From Chloroflexota bacterium (lineage in GTDB: Bacteria > Chloroflexota > Limnocylindria > Limnocylindrales > CSP1-4): a stretch of 60,359 nt of DNA. Of the stretch, positions 1 to 10,378 are shown piece by piece; position 1 is the first letter of the stretch, and every line of letters begins with the position of its first letter. A model generated the notes under the pieces. That model did not search any database. It had not been told where the DNA came from and worked only from the letters and a program-made list of their open reading frames with translations. The DNA is taken from contig PLLE01000012.1 in NCBI GenBank assembly GCA_003141245.1, positions 1,259 through 61,617 on the forward strand, given 5' to 3'. A program made the translations under genes and the position numbers.

Positions 1-1194
1 AAGGGCACGGTCACCGGGTCCGGTGGAACGCCGCTCGCGAACATCTACGTCGAAGCGGACTCGTCCACCTACGACGGCTCTGTGACGACCCACGGGGACG
101 GGACCTACTCTGTTGTCGTGCCGGCCGGCTCCTACACCGTGTGGTTCTCGGACCCGATCGGCACGTACCTCGACGGCTACTACAGCAGTGGGGGCTTCAC
201 CATCGCAGAAAGCTCGGCCACGCCGGTGACGATTGGTTCATCGGACGCGACCGGGATCAACGTGCAGATGACGCCGACGGCCCTCGCTCTATCCGGGTTC
301 CCGAGCCCCGCTGTCGCCGGGATGAGCCATAACATCACCGTCACTGCCCTCGACGCATACGGCAACACCGCCGCCGGCTACACCGGGACCGTCCACTTCA
401 CGAGCTCAGATGCCAAGGCCAAGCTGCCTGCCAACTACAAGTTCACCGCAGCTGACGCCGGCACCCATGTGTTCAGCGTCAGCCTCAAGACGGCCGGGAC
501 GCAGTCCGTGACCGTTACCGACACGGCGACCGCATCGATCAAGGGCTCCCAGGCCGGGATTGTCGTCAATCCCGCCGCGGTGAAGACCCTGGTCGTCTCG
601 GGGCTCACCACGCCGCGGACCGCCGGTTCGTGGGGCAGCATCCGGGTCACAGCAACCGACGCCTACGGCAACCGCGTCCATAGCTATCTGGGCACGGTCA
701 AGTTCACGAGTTCTGACACCAAGGCCAAGCTGCCTGCCAACTACAAGTTCACCGTCGCTGACGCCGGGACGCACGTGTTCTCCGGGGCCGTCATTCTCAA
801 GACCGCCGGCACGCAGTCCGTGACCGCTACCGACAAGGTCACAAGCACCATCAAGGGTGCCCAGGCCGGCATCGTCGTGAATGCCGCGGCCCTCTCCAAG
901 CTCGTCGTCTCAGGGCTGACCACGCCACGGACAAAGGGCGTTGCCGGCAGCATCCGGGTGACGGCAACCGATGCCTACGGCAACCGCATCCATGGCTATC
1001 TGGGCACGGTCCACTTCACGAGCTCCGATGCCAAGGCCAAGCTGCCTGCCAACTACAAGTTCACCGCCGCCGACGCCGGCACTCACGTCTTCACTGTCAC
1101 CCTCAAGACTGCGGGGACTCAATGGGTCCGTGCTATCGACAAGGTGACGGCCACCGTCACCGGCACCCAGTACGGGATCCTCGTCAAGAGCTGA
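1..1194 (+). CDS. Secreted/surface repeat protein, 5'-truncated by window: carboxypeptidase-regulatory-like beta domain plus three ~103-aa Ig-like repeats
   Basis: Frame is open from base 1 (KGTVTGSGGTPLANIYVEA...). Three near-identical units VTAxDAYGN...GTVxFTSSDxKAKLPANYKFTxADAGTHVF...LKTAGTQ; Thr/Ala/Gly-rich beta composition; stop at 1194. Confidence 0.75.
   Translation, partial: KGTVTGSGGTPLANIYVEADSSTYDGSVTTHGDGTYSVVVPAGSYTVWFSDPIGTYLDGYYSSGGFTIAESSATPVTIGSSDATGINVQMTPTALALSGFPSPAVAGMSHNITVTALDAYGNTAAGYTGTVHFTSSDAKAKLPANYKFTAADAGTHVFSVSLKTAGTQSVTVTDTATASIKGSQAGIVVNPAAVKTLVVSGLTTPRTAGSWGSIRVTATDAYGNRVHSYLGTVKFTSSDTKAKLPANYKFTVADAGTHVFSGAVILKTAGTQSVTATDKVTSTIKGAQAGIVVNAAALSKLVVSGLTTPRTKGVAGSIRVTATDAYGNRIHGYLGTVHFTSSDAKAKLPANYKFTAADAGTHVFTVTLKTAGTQWVRAIDKVTATVTGTQYGILVKS
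280..1190 (+). repeat. Three intragenic ~310-bp tandem repeats
   Basis: aaggccaagctgcctgccaactacaagttcaccg recurs at ~415, ~721 and ~1033. Confidence 0.85.
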
Positions 1195-1564
1195 GTTGGA
1201 CGGGGCCACACGGCGGCCGGAACCGCGGCCGAGGCTCGTCGGCTGCGGTTGGCGCAGCACTGGCTGGGACCGAAGCACAGATCCCGGGCTGGGCACGACG
1301 CCTCCATGGCGCCGAGATTCGGCTGCTCGAATGTTGCTCACCAGAGTAGGCTGGCCTGGCATCTCCTCGATGGGCTGAAAGCCCTTCGGAAGTGCGGTGG
1401 GCCGTCGGCGGGGAGCGGAGCCATACATCGCGTGACATCACGCGGCGAATTGGGCGGCGCGGTCAGTCCCGTTCGGCCATCGACTACGTCGGCTCGACGC
1501 GCGAGCACCGCCAGGCCGGGGAGCCCATGGCGCAGGCCTGCTACATCAGGAGGAGCGCGGTTCG

Positions 1565-4117
1565 GTGAAGACATTCATATCGGCAGCGGTTCGTTTCCAC
1601 GGCGGTTCGCCGGCTTCGCACTGGCCGTTGGTACGTCTCCTGGGCGTCGTTCCAGCCGCCCTCCTGCTCTCGGGCCTCCTGATCGTCGCGATCGCGCCTG
1701 TCGCGCCCGTGGCGGCGGCGAGTGGCGACTGGCCGCAGTCTCAGAACGGGCCGGCGCACGACGGCTTCAACGGCCAGGAGACCATCATTTCGGCTTCGAA
1801 CGTACATTCGTTGCAGCTGGATTGGACGGCCGACACTGGGCGTACCCACTCCTACACGTCCCCTGTGGTGGCCGACGGGACGGTCTACTACACGGGCAGT
1901 GGCCAACTCGATGCTTACGCCGTCGGCTGTGCAAGCGGTGGTCGGTCGTGCACGCCGCTCTGGCAGAGTGCCGACGTCGACGCCCTCGGCTGGCAAATCC
2001 AGTATTCGCCTGCGGTGGCCAACGGTGTGGTTTACGTCGGGGCCGGGGGAGAATACTCGGGCCGCACTGAACTCGACGCCTTCGCGGTTGGCTGTGCAAG
2101 CGGTGGCGGGAGCTGCATGCCAATCTGGAGGGCCCAGGTCGGCGCATCCTGGGGTGTCCTTGATATTGGTTCGCCCACGGTCGCGAATGGTGTCGTGTAC
2201 GTAGGGTCCAGCGAAGGCGCGGCGGGCAAGCTGTATGCGTTCGCGGCCGACTGTGCCAGCGGCGGCAGGACCTGCACGCCGCTCTGGACCGGAGCAACGT
2301 ACCAGAGGGCCGACTCCACGCCTGCAGTGGCCAACGGAGTGGTCTACATCTCGAGCGGCCGTCGGTTGTATGCATTTGCCGTCGGCTGTGCCAGCGGCGG
2401 CCGAAGCTGCACGCCGCTATGGACCAGTGGATCGCTCAACGACAATGTCGGAGCGCCCGCGGTCGCCAACGGCGTGGTCTACGTCGGGTCCTACGTCCCC
2501 TACGAGGGGTCACTCGGGGATGGCGGCGTGTATGCCTTCGCGGTCGGCTGCGCGAGCGGCGGCCGAACCTGCTCGCCGATATGGACCAGCGGATCGCTCC
2601 ACGACGAGACCCAGGAGCTCACGGTAGCCAACGGCGTCGTCTACGCGGCATCCATGTGGGGCGACGCCAAGGTCTATGCGCTCCAGGTCGGCTGCGCCAG
2701 GGACGGCGGGACCTGCGAGCCCCTCTGGACGGCCGCCGGCGGCTCTGCGCCCGCTGTGGCTAACGGGGTGGTCTATACGGGGAACGCGGACAAGCTATAT
2801 GCCTACGCCGTCGGCTGCAGCAGTGGAGGAAAGACCTGCACCCCGCTATGGACGGGCACCGTGGGCAGCAACACAGGGGTGTCCTATGTCTCGGTCGCCA
2901 ACGGCGAGGTGTACCTCGCATGCGAGGATGGCACGTTGTATGCCTTCGGCCTGCCGGGCGCCACATACCACGCCCTCACGCCTACCCGAGTCCTCGACTC
3001 GCGCACCAAGCTCGGTGGCGGCCTGTTCCACTCACAGGTCAAACAGACTCTGACCGTGGCCACGACCGCCAGCGGCGTGCCCAAGAGCGCTATCGCCGTC
3101 ACAGGCAACCTGACGATCGTGGGTCAGACCCGCGGCGGGTATGTGACAGTCGCTCCGAGCCTCACCAACGGAGTCCAGCCTCCGACCTCCACGATCAACT
3201 TCCCAGCTGGTGACATCCGCGCCAACGGCATCACCGTGCCTCTCGCGTCCGGGGGCAAGCTCGATCTCATGTACTGGAGCTCGAGGACCGCCGACACGAC
3301 CAACGTCATCTTCGATGTGACCGGCTACTTCGCCATCGATGCCACCGGCTCTAGATACCACGCCCTCACGCCTGCCCGAGTCCTGGACTCGCGCAGCCAT
3401 CTTGGGGCGAGTCTCTTCCACTCTCGGGTCAAACAGACCCTGAGCGTGGCCACGGCGGCGTCGGGCGTGCCCAGCAGCGCTGTCGCGGTCACCGGCAACA
3501 TGACGGTCGTTGGCCAGACCCGCAGCGGCTATGTGACCGTCGCTCCGAGCCTGACGAGCGGTGTACAGCCTCCGACCTCGACCATCAACTTCCCAGCTGG
3601 TGACATCCGCGCCAACGGGCTGACCGTGCCTCTGGCGTCCGGCGGCAAGCTCGATCTCATGTACTGGTCGAACAAGACCGCCGACACGGTCAACGTCATC
3701 TTCGATGTGACTGGCTACTTCGCCATCGATGCCACCGGCGCCACATACCACGCCCTCACGCCCGCCCGAGTCCTCGACTCGCGTACCAAGCTCGGTGGCG
3801 GCCTGTTCCACTCACAGGTCAGACAGACCCTGACCGTGGCCACGACCGCCAGCGGCGTGCCCAAGAGCGCTGTCGCCGTCACAGGCAACCTGACGATCGT
3901 GGGTCAGACCCACGGTGGCTACGTTACAGTCGCTCCGCATCTCACCAGCGGCGTACAGCCTCCGATCTCGACGATCAACTTCCCGCTCGGTGACGTCCGC
4001 GCCAACGGCATGACCGTGCCTCTCGCGTCCGGCGGCAAGCTCGATCTCATGTACTGGAGCTCGAGGACCGCCGACACGACCAACGTCATCTTCGATGTGA
4101 CCGGCTACTTCAGCTGA
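1565..4117 (+). CDS. Secreted PQQ-like (BamB-type) beta-propeller protein with three C-terminal ~130-aa cell-surface repeats
   Basis: AGGAGG upstream of GTG; hydrophobic signal ending AAA-S; DWPQ...HDGFN start typical of PQQ-like propellers; eight VAxGxVY blade motifs; three YHALTPxRVLDSR...VIFDVTGYF repeats. Confidence 0.8.
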   Translation: MKTFISAAVRFHGGSPASHWPLVRLLGVVPAALLLSGLLIVAIAPVAPVAAASGDWPQSQNGPAHDGFNGQETIISASNVHSLQLDWTADTGRTHSYTSPVVADGTVYYTGSGQLDAYAVGCASGGRSCTPLWQSADVDALGWQIQYSPAVANGVVYVGAGGEYSGRTELDAFAVGCASGGGSCMPIWRAQVGASWGVLDIGSPTVANGVVYVGSSEGAAGKLYAFAADCASGGRTCTPLWTGATYQRADSTPAVANGVVYISSGRRLYAFAVGCASGGRSCTPLWTSGSLNDNVGAPAVANGVVYVGSYVPYEGSLGDGGVYAFAVGCASGGRTCSPIWTSGSLHDETQELTVANGVVYAASMWGDAKVYALQVGCARDGGTCEPLWTAAGGSAPAVANGVVYTGNADKLYAYAVGCSSGGKTCTPLWTGTVGSNTGVSYVSVANGEVYLACEDGTLYAFGLPGATYHALTPTRVLDSRTKLGGGLFHSQVKQTLTVATTASGVPKSAIAVTGNLTIVGQTRGGYVTVAPSLTNGVQPPTSTINFPAGDIRANGITVPLASGGKLDLMYWSSRTADTTNVIFDVTGYFAIDATGSRYHALTPARVLDSRSHLGASLFHSRVKQTLSVATAASGVPSSAVAVTGNMTVVGQTRSGYVTVAPSLTSGVQPPTSTINFPAGDIRANGLTVPLASGGKLDLMYWSNKTADTVNVIFDVTGYFAIDATGATYHALTPARVLDSRTKLGGGLFHSQVRQTLTVATTASGVPKSAVAVTGNLTIVGQTHGGYVTVAPHLTSGVQPPISTINFPLGDVRANGMTVPLASGGKLDLMYWSSRTADTTNVIFDVTGYFS
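2958..4114 (+). repeat. Three 390-bp intragenic tandem repeats
   Basis: ataccacgccctcacgcc recurs at ~2965, ~3355 and ~3745 (period 390). Confidence 0.9.
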
Positions 4118-4188
4118 GGACTGCGAGGCCGTCGAGCCGGCGGACGCGACTACGGCCTAGCTGCGGCTGTCCCGAGAGTCCAGAAGAC

Positions 4189-4218
4189 GTGAGACGGCCC
4201 CTCGAGGGGCCGTCTCAC
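4189..4218. terminator. Perfect 30-bp palindrome between convergent genes; probable bidirectional terminator
   Basis: GTGAGACGGCCCCTCGAGGGGCCGTCTCAC is its own reverse complement; it lies between stops at 4117 (+) and 4244 (-). Confidence 0.7.
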
Positions 4219-4243
4219 AGACGCGACCAGAGAAGTTGAATGG

Positions 4244-5953
4244 CTACGGGGAGACGGCGATCGCCGTCGCACCCGCCAGCGTGGCGCTGAAGTTCGGGGC
4301 AGCCCCGGACTTGTAGTAACCGGGCGTGATGATCCGGACATGCGTCGCGTTGACGGCCGTGCTGCTCGTGTACGCATAGACCTTGTAGCTGCCGGCCGGG
4401 AGGCCCTGAAGCTTGTATGTCCCGGAGCTCGACGTCTGCGCGTACACCACCGTCGATCCCGTGAGGCTGTACGCAGAGATCGAGCAGCTACTGCACGCAC
4501 CGACCCCGGCGATCTTCACGACCCCGGAGATCGAGGCGCCCACCGGAAGGCGCATGTTGATCCCGTTCTTGTCGCCGTTCATGACAAGTGCGAGTGCCGA
4601 CGACGCCGCGGCGGTGAAGTTGTTGGGTGAGCTGTTGCGGTACCAGCCCGTCTGGAGAGACGGGTCGGAGGAATAGAGTGGGTTCGCGTCGATCTTGTAC
4701 GTGCTACCGGCCGGCAGCGGGCCGATGGAGTAGTTGCCGGAGGTGTAGTCGGTGTAAGCGTAGGCTTCCGTGACCGCCGTGCCTGATCCGCCAATCGCCA
4801 TGACCTGGACAAAACCGAGCGGCGAGCCGGAGTTATTCGTGATCTTGCCCTTGATGTAGTAGCCGGTTGCCGGCTCGATTGTCGCCACGGTCGTGACCGC
4901 CGCGGAAATGGTCTTCGAGGAAGCACTCGCGGTCATCTTGGACCAGTAGTAGGGCGCGGTGGCGTTGTAGTAGCCGTCGGGGACGCGCGACGTGCCGGTG
5001 TAGTCGTAAGGACCGTCGACCTTGATCGTGTACGAGCCGGGGTTCAGACCGCCGATCGTGTACCTGCCCGTGGCGTCGGTTTGGGCCGATTCGTAGTCGT
5101 ATCCCTGAACGTAGACCCATGCGCCGACGATCGGGGCCGGTGTCGAGGCTCGGGTCTTGACGAAACCTGTGATCGTGAGGGCATTGGGGATCTTGGGGCT
5201 GATGCCGGTCTTGTTGGCCGTTGTGATGACGACGGCCGTATGCGATACGCAGCTGGTGGAGAACTTCGAGGCCGGCGTCGTGTACCAGCAGCCGCTCTGG
5301 TTGATGGGCGCCGTTGGGCCGTGGCCGAAGCTGACCGCGTAGGACCCGGGCGAGAGACCCATGAGCGTGTAGTTGCCGGCCGAGTTGGTCGTCGTCTCGT
5401 CGCTGCCATACGTGCCGGCAGCACTGACAGGGACGTTCGCAATGACGGTCGTGCCGTTCGAGCGGGTCACCTTGCCGGAGATCTTGTAGCCGGCCGGCAG
5501 CCGGATGTTCTTGCCGGTGAGCGACGCGGTCGTGATCGTGACGGCCACCGGTGTGGAGACGCTGAAGTAAGTCGGCGCGGTACCGCCTCGATACCCGTGC
5601 TGCAGGTTGGTCGCCCTCGGCGGGTCGAACCGCAGGGTGTACGAGCCGGGCAGCAGGGGACTGATCGTGTACGCGCCACTCGCATTGGTGGTTGCCGAAC
5701 CATAAAGGAACGAACCAAAGCCGCTCGTGCTAGACGCGGACACCTCGACGTTCGGCTCGAGGGCCGACGTCGCGTTGGCGCGGACCGTCCCTGAGATTGA
5801 GTAGGTGGTCTTGACGACGGCAGGCAACGTGAAGTTCTTGCCAGTGGCGCTCACCGCAGCTACCGGCGACGCCGCAGCTGCCGGCGACGCCGCAGCCAGA
5901 AGGCTGGCCGCGACCAGCACAAGGATTCCGAAGATGCGACGGAAATGTGACAT
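4244..5953 (-). CDS. Secreted protein with ~5 carboxypeptidase-regulatory-like (prealbumin-fold) repeats
   Basis: Signal peptide MSHFRRIFGILVLVAASLLAAA; repeated ISGxV...TxxxGxYTIxGLxPGSY...GYY units of ~105 aa. Confidence 0.75.
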   Translation of the reverse strand: MSHFRRIFGILVLVAASLLAAASPAAAASPVAAVSATGKNFTLPAVVKTTYSISGTVRANATSALEPNVEVSASSTSGFGSFLYGSATTNASGAYTISPLLPGSYTLRFDPPRATNLQHGYRGGTAPTYFSVSTPVAVTITTASLTGKNIRLPAGYKISGKVTRSNGTTVIANVPVSAAGTYGSDETTTNSAGNYTLMGLSPGSYAVSFGHGPTAPINQSGCWYTTPASKFSTSCVSHTAVVITTANKTGISPKIPNALTITGFVKTRASTPAPIVGAWVYVQGYDYESAQTDATGRYTIGGLNPGSYTIKVDGPYDYTGTSRVPDGYYNATAPYYWSKMTASASSKTISAAVTTVATIEPATGYYIKGKITNNSGSPLGFVQVMAIGGSGTAVTEAYAYTDYTSGNYSIGPLPAGSTYKIDANPLYSSDPSLQTGWYRNSSPNNFTAAASSALALVMNGDKNGINMRLPVGASISGVVKIAGVGACSSCSISAYSLTGSTVVYAQTSSSGTYKLQGLPAGSYKVYAYTSSTAVNATHVRIITPGYYKSGAAPNFSATLAGATAIAVSP

Positions 5954-6329
5954 GGGCGACCCCCAAGGATGACGGCGCTAGACCCCCCTTCTCGGGAGTC
6001 AGTATCTAGCACCAAGACGCTACACGATACCGTGGAAAATGGCGAGCGAAGGGCGAGTCCCACGACGTGGGCCGGAATCGAATCGGCATCCGGCGCAGCA
6101 GCGACGCCCACCAGCCCGCCCGTCGAGTTCATGCCGACGCGAGGCAGGGACATTCGAGCCGGTCGGACTGTCGATCTCGATGAATCGTGTACACTTAGCG
6201 CCTTCGTGAACGAATGGGCGCTCCGGTCGGCGTCCCGGTAACGCACCGTCCGATCCCGATCCACTCTCTTGCCCTGACCGGTCCCGCTGGACGAAAACGC
6301 GGGTGGGCCACGTCAGGAGCCTTCTTCTC

Positions 6330-8042
6330 ATGCCTACCGATCAGCTCGGCCTTGTGCCCGAGCGTCCTTCAGCGCTCGGCCAGCCCGGGCTCACGTCCGT
6401 GCAGCCTTCCTCGTTCGAACAGCTGGGGCTGACGCCTGAGCTTCTGCGCGCGGTGGTTGCCCAGGGCTACATCGAGCCGACGCCAGTCCAGGCCCAATCG
6501 ATCCCGATCGTGCTTGCCCGCCGCGACCTCCTCGCCAGCGCCCAGACGGGCACGGGCAAGACTGCGGCATTCGTGCTCCCGATCCTCCAGCTCCTCAACG
6601 CCAGCCGGCCGGCGCCGCGCCCGATGTCGCCCGGCCAGCTTCGGCCGCGCGGCTCAACGGGCCTGCCGATCCGCTGCCTGGTGCTGACGCCCACTCGCGA
6701 GCTGGCGCTCCAGATCGAAGAGAGCGTCCGGACTTACGGTGCGGGGCGGCCCATCCGCTCCACCACAATCTACGGCGGAGTCGGCTTCCAGCCGCAGGTC
6801 AACGCGCTGCGTGGCGGCCCGGAAATCGTCGTCGCCACCCCCGGTCGACTCCTCGACCATGCGGGCCAGGGAACGATCGACCTCGGGTCGGTCGAGATCC
6901 TCGTCCTGGACGAGGCCGACCGAATGCTGGACATGGGCTTCATTCGCGACATTCGCCGGATCCTCGCTCTGCTGCCCCCGCGCCGTCAGAACCTCCTCTT
7001 CTCGGCCACCTTCTCGGACGAGATCCGAGAGTTGGCGGACGGCCTCCTGCACCAGCCGGCGCACGTCCAGATCGCGCGCCGCAACTCCGTGATCGAGCTC
7101 GTTCGCCAGGTTGCCTACCCGGTCGATCGCGAACGCAAGCGCGAATTGCTGAGCCACCTCATCAGCAGCGGCCGAATCGACCGGGCGCTCGTCTTCGCTC
7201 GGACCAAGCACGGCGCGAACCGCCTGGCAGAGCAGCTCGGCCACGACGGAATCAGCGCGGCGGCGATCCACGGCAACAAGAGCCAGGCCCAGCGGGTTCG
7301 CGCACTCGGCGACTTCAAGGCAGGACGGGTCGCGATCCTGGTGGCCACCGAAGTCGCGTCGCGCGGTCTCGACATCGAAGGCCTGCCTCATGTCGTGAAC
7401 TTCGAGCTACCGACGGTCGCCCAGGACTATGTCCACCGGATCGGTCGAACGGGTCGCGCCGGCATGGAGGGCGACGCCGTGTCGCTCGTGTGCATCGACG
7501 AGAACACCCTCATGGACGACATCGAGACCCTCCTGCGCCGGCCGGTCCGGCGCGAGGTCGTACCGGGCTTCGAGGTCGATCGCTCGATCCGTCGCGAGCC
7601 GATCCGCCAGCGCAGCGGTGACGTTCGACCGACCGCGGGCCGGCGCGCTCCGGCTCGCCAGGCGGCGCCCGGCGGGTTCCGTCAGCCTGCGCCGAGCGCA
7701 CCGCGTCAGGCGGCGCCGGGTGGGTTCCGTCAGGCTTCGGCGCCTTTGGCCGCGCCGGGCGGGTTCCGTCAGGCCGCGTTCGGTGCTGCCCGTCAGTCCG
7801 CCCCGAGCACGCCGTCGATCGGGTATGCGCCGGCTCGTCGGCCGGCCGGCAACTCCGCGTCCGCAACACGGCACGGCTCCTCGGCGCGGCCGACTGCGAG
7901 CCGCGGCTACTCCCGCCCCATGCCGACAGCCCGCCCTGGCGAGCGCGGTGCGCCACATGCATCGCTGCGCCCGGAGCGCGGAACGGCCTTCGTCTCGCTG
8001 CCGGGAGAGCGCATCGCACGTCAGGGCAACCGCCAGGGCTGA
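6330..8042 (+). CDS. rhlE: DEAD-box ATP-dependent RNA helicase (RhlE-like) with low-complexity C-terminal tail
   Basis: Motifs [42 protein letters not shown] at 6330 follows AGGAG. Confidence 0.9.
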   Translation: MPTDQLGLVPERPSALGQPGLTSVQPSSFEQLGLTPELLRAVVAQGYIEPTPVQAQSIPIVLARRDLLASAQTGTGKTAAFVLPILQLLNASRPAPRPMSPGQLRPRGSTGLPIRCLVLTPTRELALQIEESVRTYGAGRPIRSTTIYGGVGFQPQVNALRGGPEIVVATPGRLLDHAGQGTIDLGSVEILVLDEADRMLDMGFIRDIRRILALLPPRRQNLLFSATFSDEIRELADGLLHQPAHVQIARRNSVIELVRQVAYPVDRERKRELLSHLISSGRIDRALVFARTKHGANRLAEQLGHDGISAAAIHGNKSQAQRVRALGDFKAGRVAILVATEVASRGLDIEGLPHVVNFELPTVAQDYVHRIGRTGRAGMEGDAVSLVCIDENTLMDDIETLLRRPVRREVVPGFEVDRSIRREPIRQRSGDVRPTAGRRAPARQAAPGGFRQPAPSAPRQAAPGGFRQASAPLAAPGGFRQAAFGAARQSAPSTPSIGYAPARRPAGNSASATRHGSSARPTASRGYSRPMPTARPGERGAPHASLRPERGTAFVSLPGERIARQGNRQG

Positions 8043-8160
8043 CTTGTCGCCGCCAGCTGGGACTGCAGGCGCGCATCCATAAGCCGGAGAGAACGGCCGG
8101 CTGATAATCTCCAATCGAGCCCCGCGCCCGCCGGAGACCAGCCCTTCTCGAGGCCTGAGC

Positions 8161-10104
8161 TTGTCCGCCACCGCAGCCCCCGAACGCCTGCTCGAAGACC
8201 TCAACCCCTCGCAGCGCGAGGCCGTCACCGCGACGTCGGGACCTCTCGCGATCATCGCCGGCGCGGGCTCGGGCAAGACGCGGGTCATCAGCCGGCGGGC
8301 GGCGTACGCGATCGAGACCGACGCGGTCCCGGCCGACCAGATTCTGCTCGTGACGTTCACCGACAAGGCGGCGGGCGAGATGGTCGAGCGGATGGCCTCG
8401 CTCGGCCATCGTGGCGTCCTGGCCCGCACGTTTCACGCCGCCGCTCTTGCCCAGCTGCGCCACTTCTGGCCGAGCCGGCACGACGGCGCGCCGCTCCCGG
8501 CCACGCTCGAATCGAAGCTGCGCCTGCTCGTGCCGCTCATTGGCCGGCTGCCGGGCGGGTACCGGTTCACGCAGGCGAAGGACATGGCGGACACGATCGA
8601 ATGGGCCAAGGTCCGCCGCATCCGGCCTGAGCAGTGGGCCCGCGAAGGCGGCGATCGAGCGCCGATACCGGCCGAACTGTTCGCCCGCGTCTATCGCGAC
8701 TATGAGCGGGCGAAGGCAGAGGCGGGCCTGCTCGATTTCGAGGACATGCTCGTCCAGACGGTCGAGCTGCTCGAAGGCGACTCCGAGGCTGCCGCCCTCG
8801 TCCGATCTCGCAAACGCTGGTTCAGCGTCGACGAGTACCAGGACACGAACCCGCTGGCCGAGCGGCTCCTCGAGTTGTGGCTCGGAGAGTCACGCGATCT
8901 GGCGGTCGTCGGCGACCCCGACCAGACGATCTACACTTTCACCGGCGCCACGCCGGAGTTCCTGCTGGGCTTCGCCGAGCGGCATCCAGGCGCGCCCACG
9001 GTCAGGCTCGCCGAGAACTACCGCTCCAGCCCGCAGATCCTCGAGCTCGCCAACCGGATCCTCGCCGGAGGCGGGCGGGGCCCGCTGCGGGCGACGCGGC
9101 CGGAGGGGCCTCCGCCCTCGGTCCGTCGGCTTCCGGACGTAGAGGCGGAACTCGCCGCGATCGTCGCCTGGATTCGCGCCGTTGCCGTGTTGGGGGTGGC
9201 GCCGACGGAGATGGCCGTGCTCGTCCGGATCAACGCCCAGCTGCCGGCCATCGAGGATGCGTTGACCCGCGCCGGAATCGGGTTCACCGTTCGCGGCCAG
9301 CGGTTCTTCGAGCGCCGTGAGATCCGCGAGGCACGGCAGATCCTGCGGCACGTTCGGCCCGCGGAGACTGGCGGTGCTCTCGTCGCCGCAATCGAGCGAC
9401 TATTCGTCGAGCGGCTGGGGTTGGACGACGTGGCCGCCGACGCAGGCCAGGAAGGTCGAGAGCGAGCCGCGTCGCTCGAACTGTTCCTGGGCATCGTCGA
9501 GGACCTCGGGACCGCCGACCCTGAACTCACGATCGACGCCGTCCTCGCCGAGCTCGATCGTCGCCACGCGGCGGAGGCGGCCGCCTCGACCGACGGCGTG
9601 AACCTGCTCACGTACCACCGGGCGAAGGGCCTCGAATGGGACGCCGTCTACCTGCCGGCGCTCGACGAGGGCCTGCTGCCGATCCGCCAGGCGCAGGAGG
9701 ATGAGGAGGTCGCCGAGGAGCGCCGCCTGCTGTATGTAGGGATCACCCGCGCACGGCGGTTCCTGGCCCTGTCCTCATCGTCGCGCCGACCGTCGCGGTT
9801 CCTGGCGGCCATCGAGCCGCCGCGGTCGACGGCGCGCCGCGTCCGCGTTCTGCCCGGGCCGCCCGTGGCCACGGCCGTGATCCCTGACGACAGTCTGCTC
9901 GAGGCGCTCCGCCGCTGGCGCCGCGAGCGCGCATCCACGGACGGCGTGCCGGCGTACGTCGTCGCCCACGACACGACGCTCGCCGAGATCGCCGACGCTC
10001 TCCCACGCTCCCTTCCCGCGCTCCGTCGCATCCGTGGCATGGGCCCGACGAAACTCGAGCGCTATGGCGCGGAGATTCTCGCTGTCATCGAGAGCGCCGG
10101 ATAG
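8161..10104 (+). CDS. UvrD/Rep-family DNA helicase with C-terminal HRDC domain (UvrD2-like)
   Basis: AGAGSGKT, VDEYQDTN, GDPDQTIY, ENYRS, TYHRAKGLEW, EERRLLYVGITRA; HRDC-like LRRWRRERASTDGVPAYVVAHD. Confidence 0.9.
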   Translation: MSATAAPERLLEDLNPSQREAVTATSGPLAIIAGAGSGKTRVISRRAAYAIETDAVPADQILLVTFTDKAAGEMVERMASLGHRGVLARTFHAAALAQLRHFWPSRHDGAPLPATLESKLRLLVPLIGRLPGGYRFTQAKDMADTIEWAKVRRIRPEQWAREGGDRAPIPAELFARVYRDYERAKAEAGLLDFEDMLVQTVELLEGDSEAAALVRSRKRWFSVDEYQDTNPLAERLLELWLGESRDLAVVGDPDQTIYTFTGATPEFLLGFAERHPGAPTVRLAENYRSSPQILELANRILAGGGRGPLRATRPEGPPPSVRRLPDVEAELAAIVAWIRAVAVLGVAPTEMAVLVRINAQLPAIEDALTRAGIGFTVRGQRFFERREIREARQILRHVRPAETGGALVAAIERLFVERLGLDDVAADAGQEGRERAASLELFLGIVEDLGTADPELTIDAVLAELDRRHAAEAAASTDGVNLLTYHRAKGLEWDAVYLPALDEGLLPIRQAQEDEEVAEERRLLYVGITRARRFLALSSSSRRPSRFLAAIEPPRSTARRVRVLPGPPVATAVIPDDSLLEALRRWRRERASTDGVPAYVVAHDTTLAEIADALPRSLPALRRIRGMGPTKLERYGAEILAVIESAG

Positions 10105-10378
10105 AGCCCAGGTTGCCATGCCAACCGAGCCGGCCGGGAGCGAGCCGCCTGAGGACGGCTCCGGTCCGTAGCCGGTTGACGCCACATCCATGCCACGGCG
10201 ACGTTCACTATCGGTTCGCCGCGCGGAGCCGGCGGATGGTCCACGCGGAGGCCGCACGCGGCGGAGCGCGCCCTTCTGTCGCCCGAGCAGACCCGCGACC
10301 AGGCGTCCCGGGGTCATGGCTGTCTTGTGGCCAAAGGTCGGATAGCCAAACAGGTCCGCGGTGGACTAGGGTGCGCCC

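Noticed and set aside
280-4114. CRISPR array or diversity-generating retroelement repeats
   Set aside because: The repeats are in-frame protein domain repeats without unique spacers; no cas or reverse transcriptase gene; no adenine-specific variation evident.
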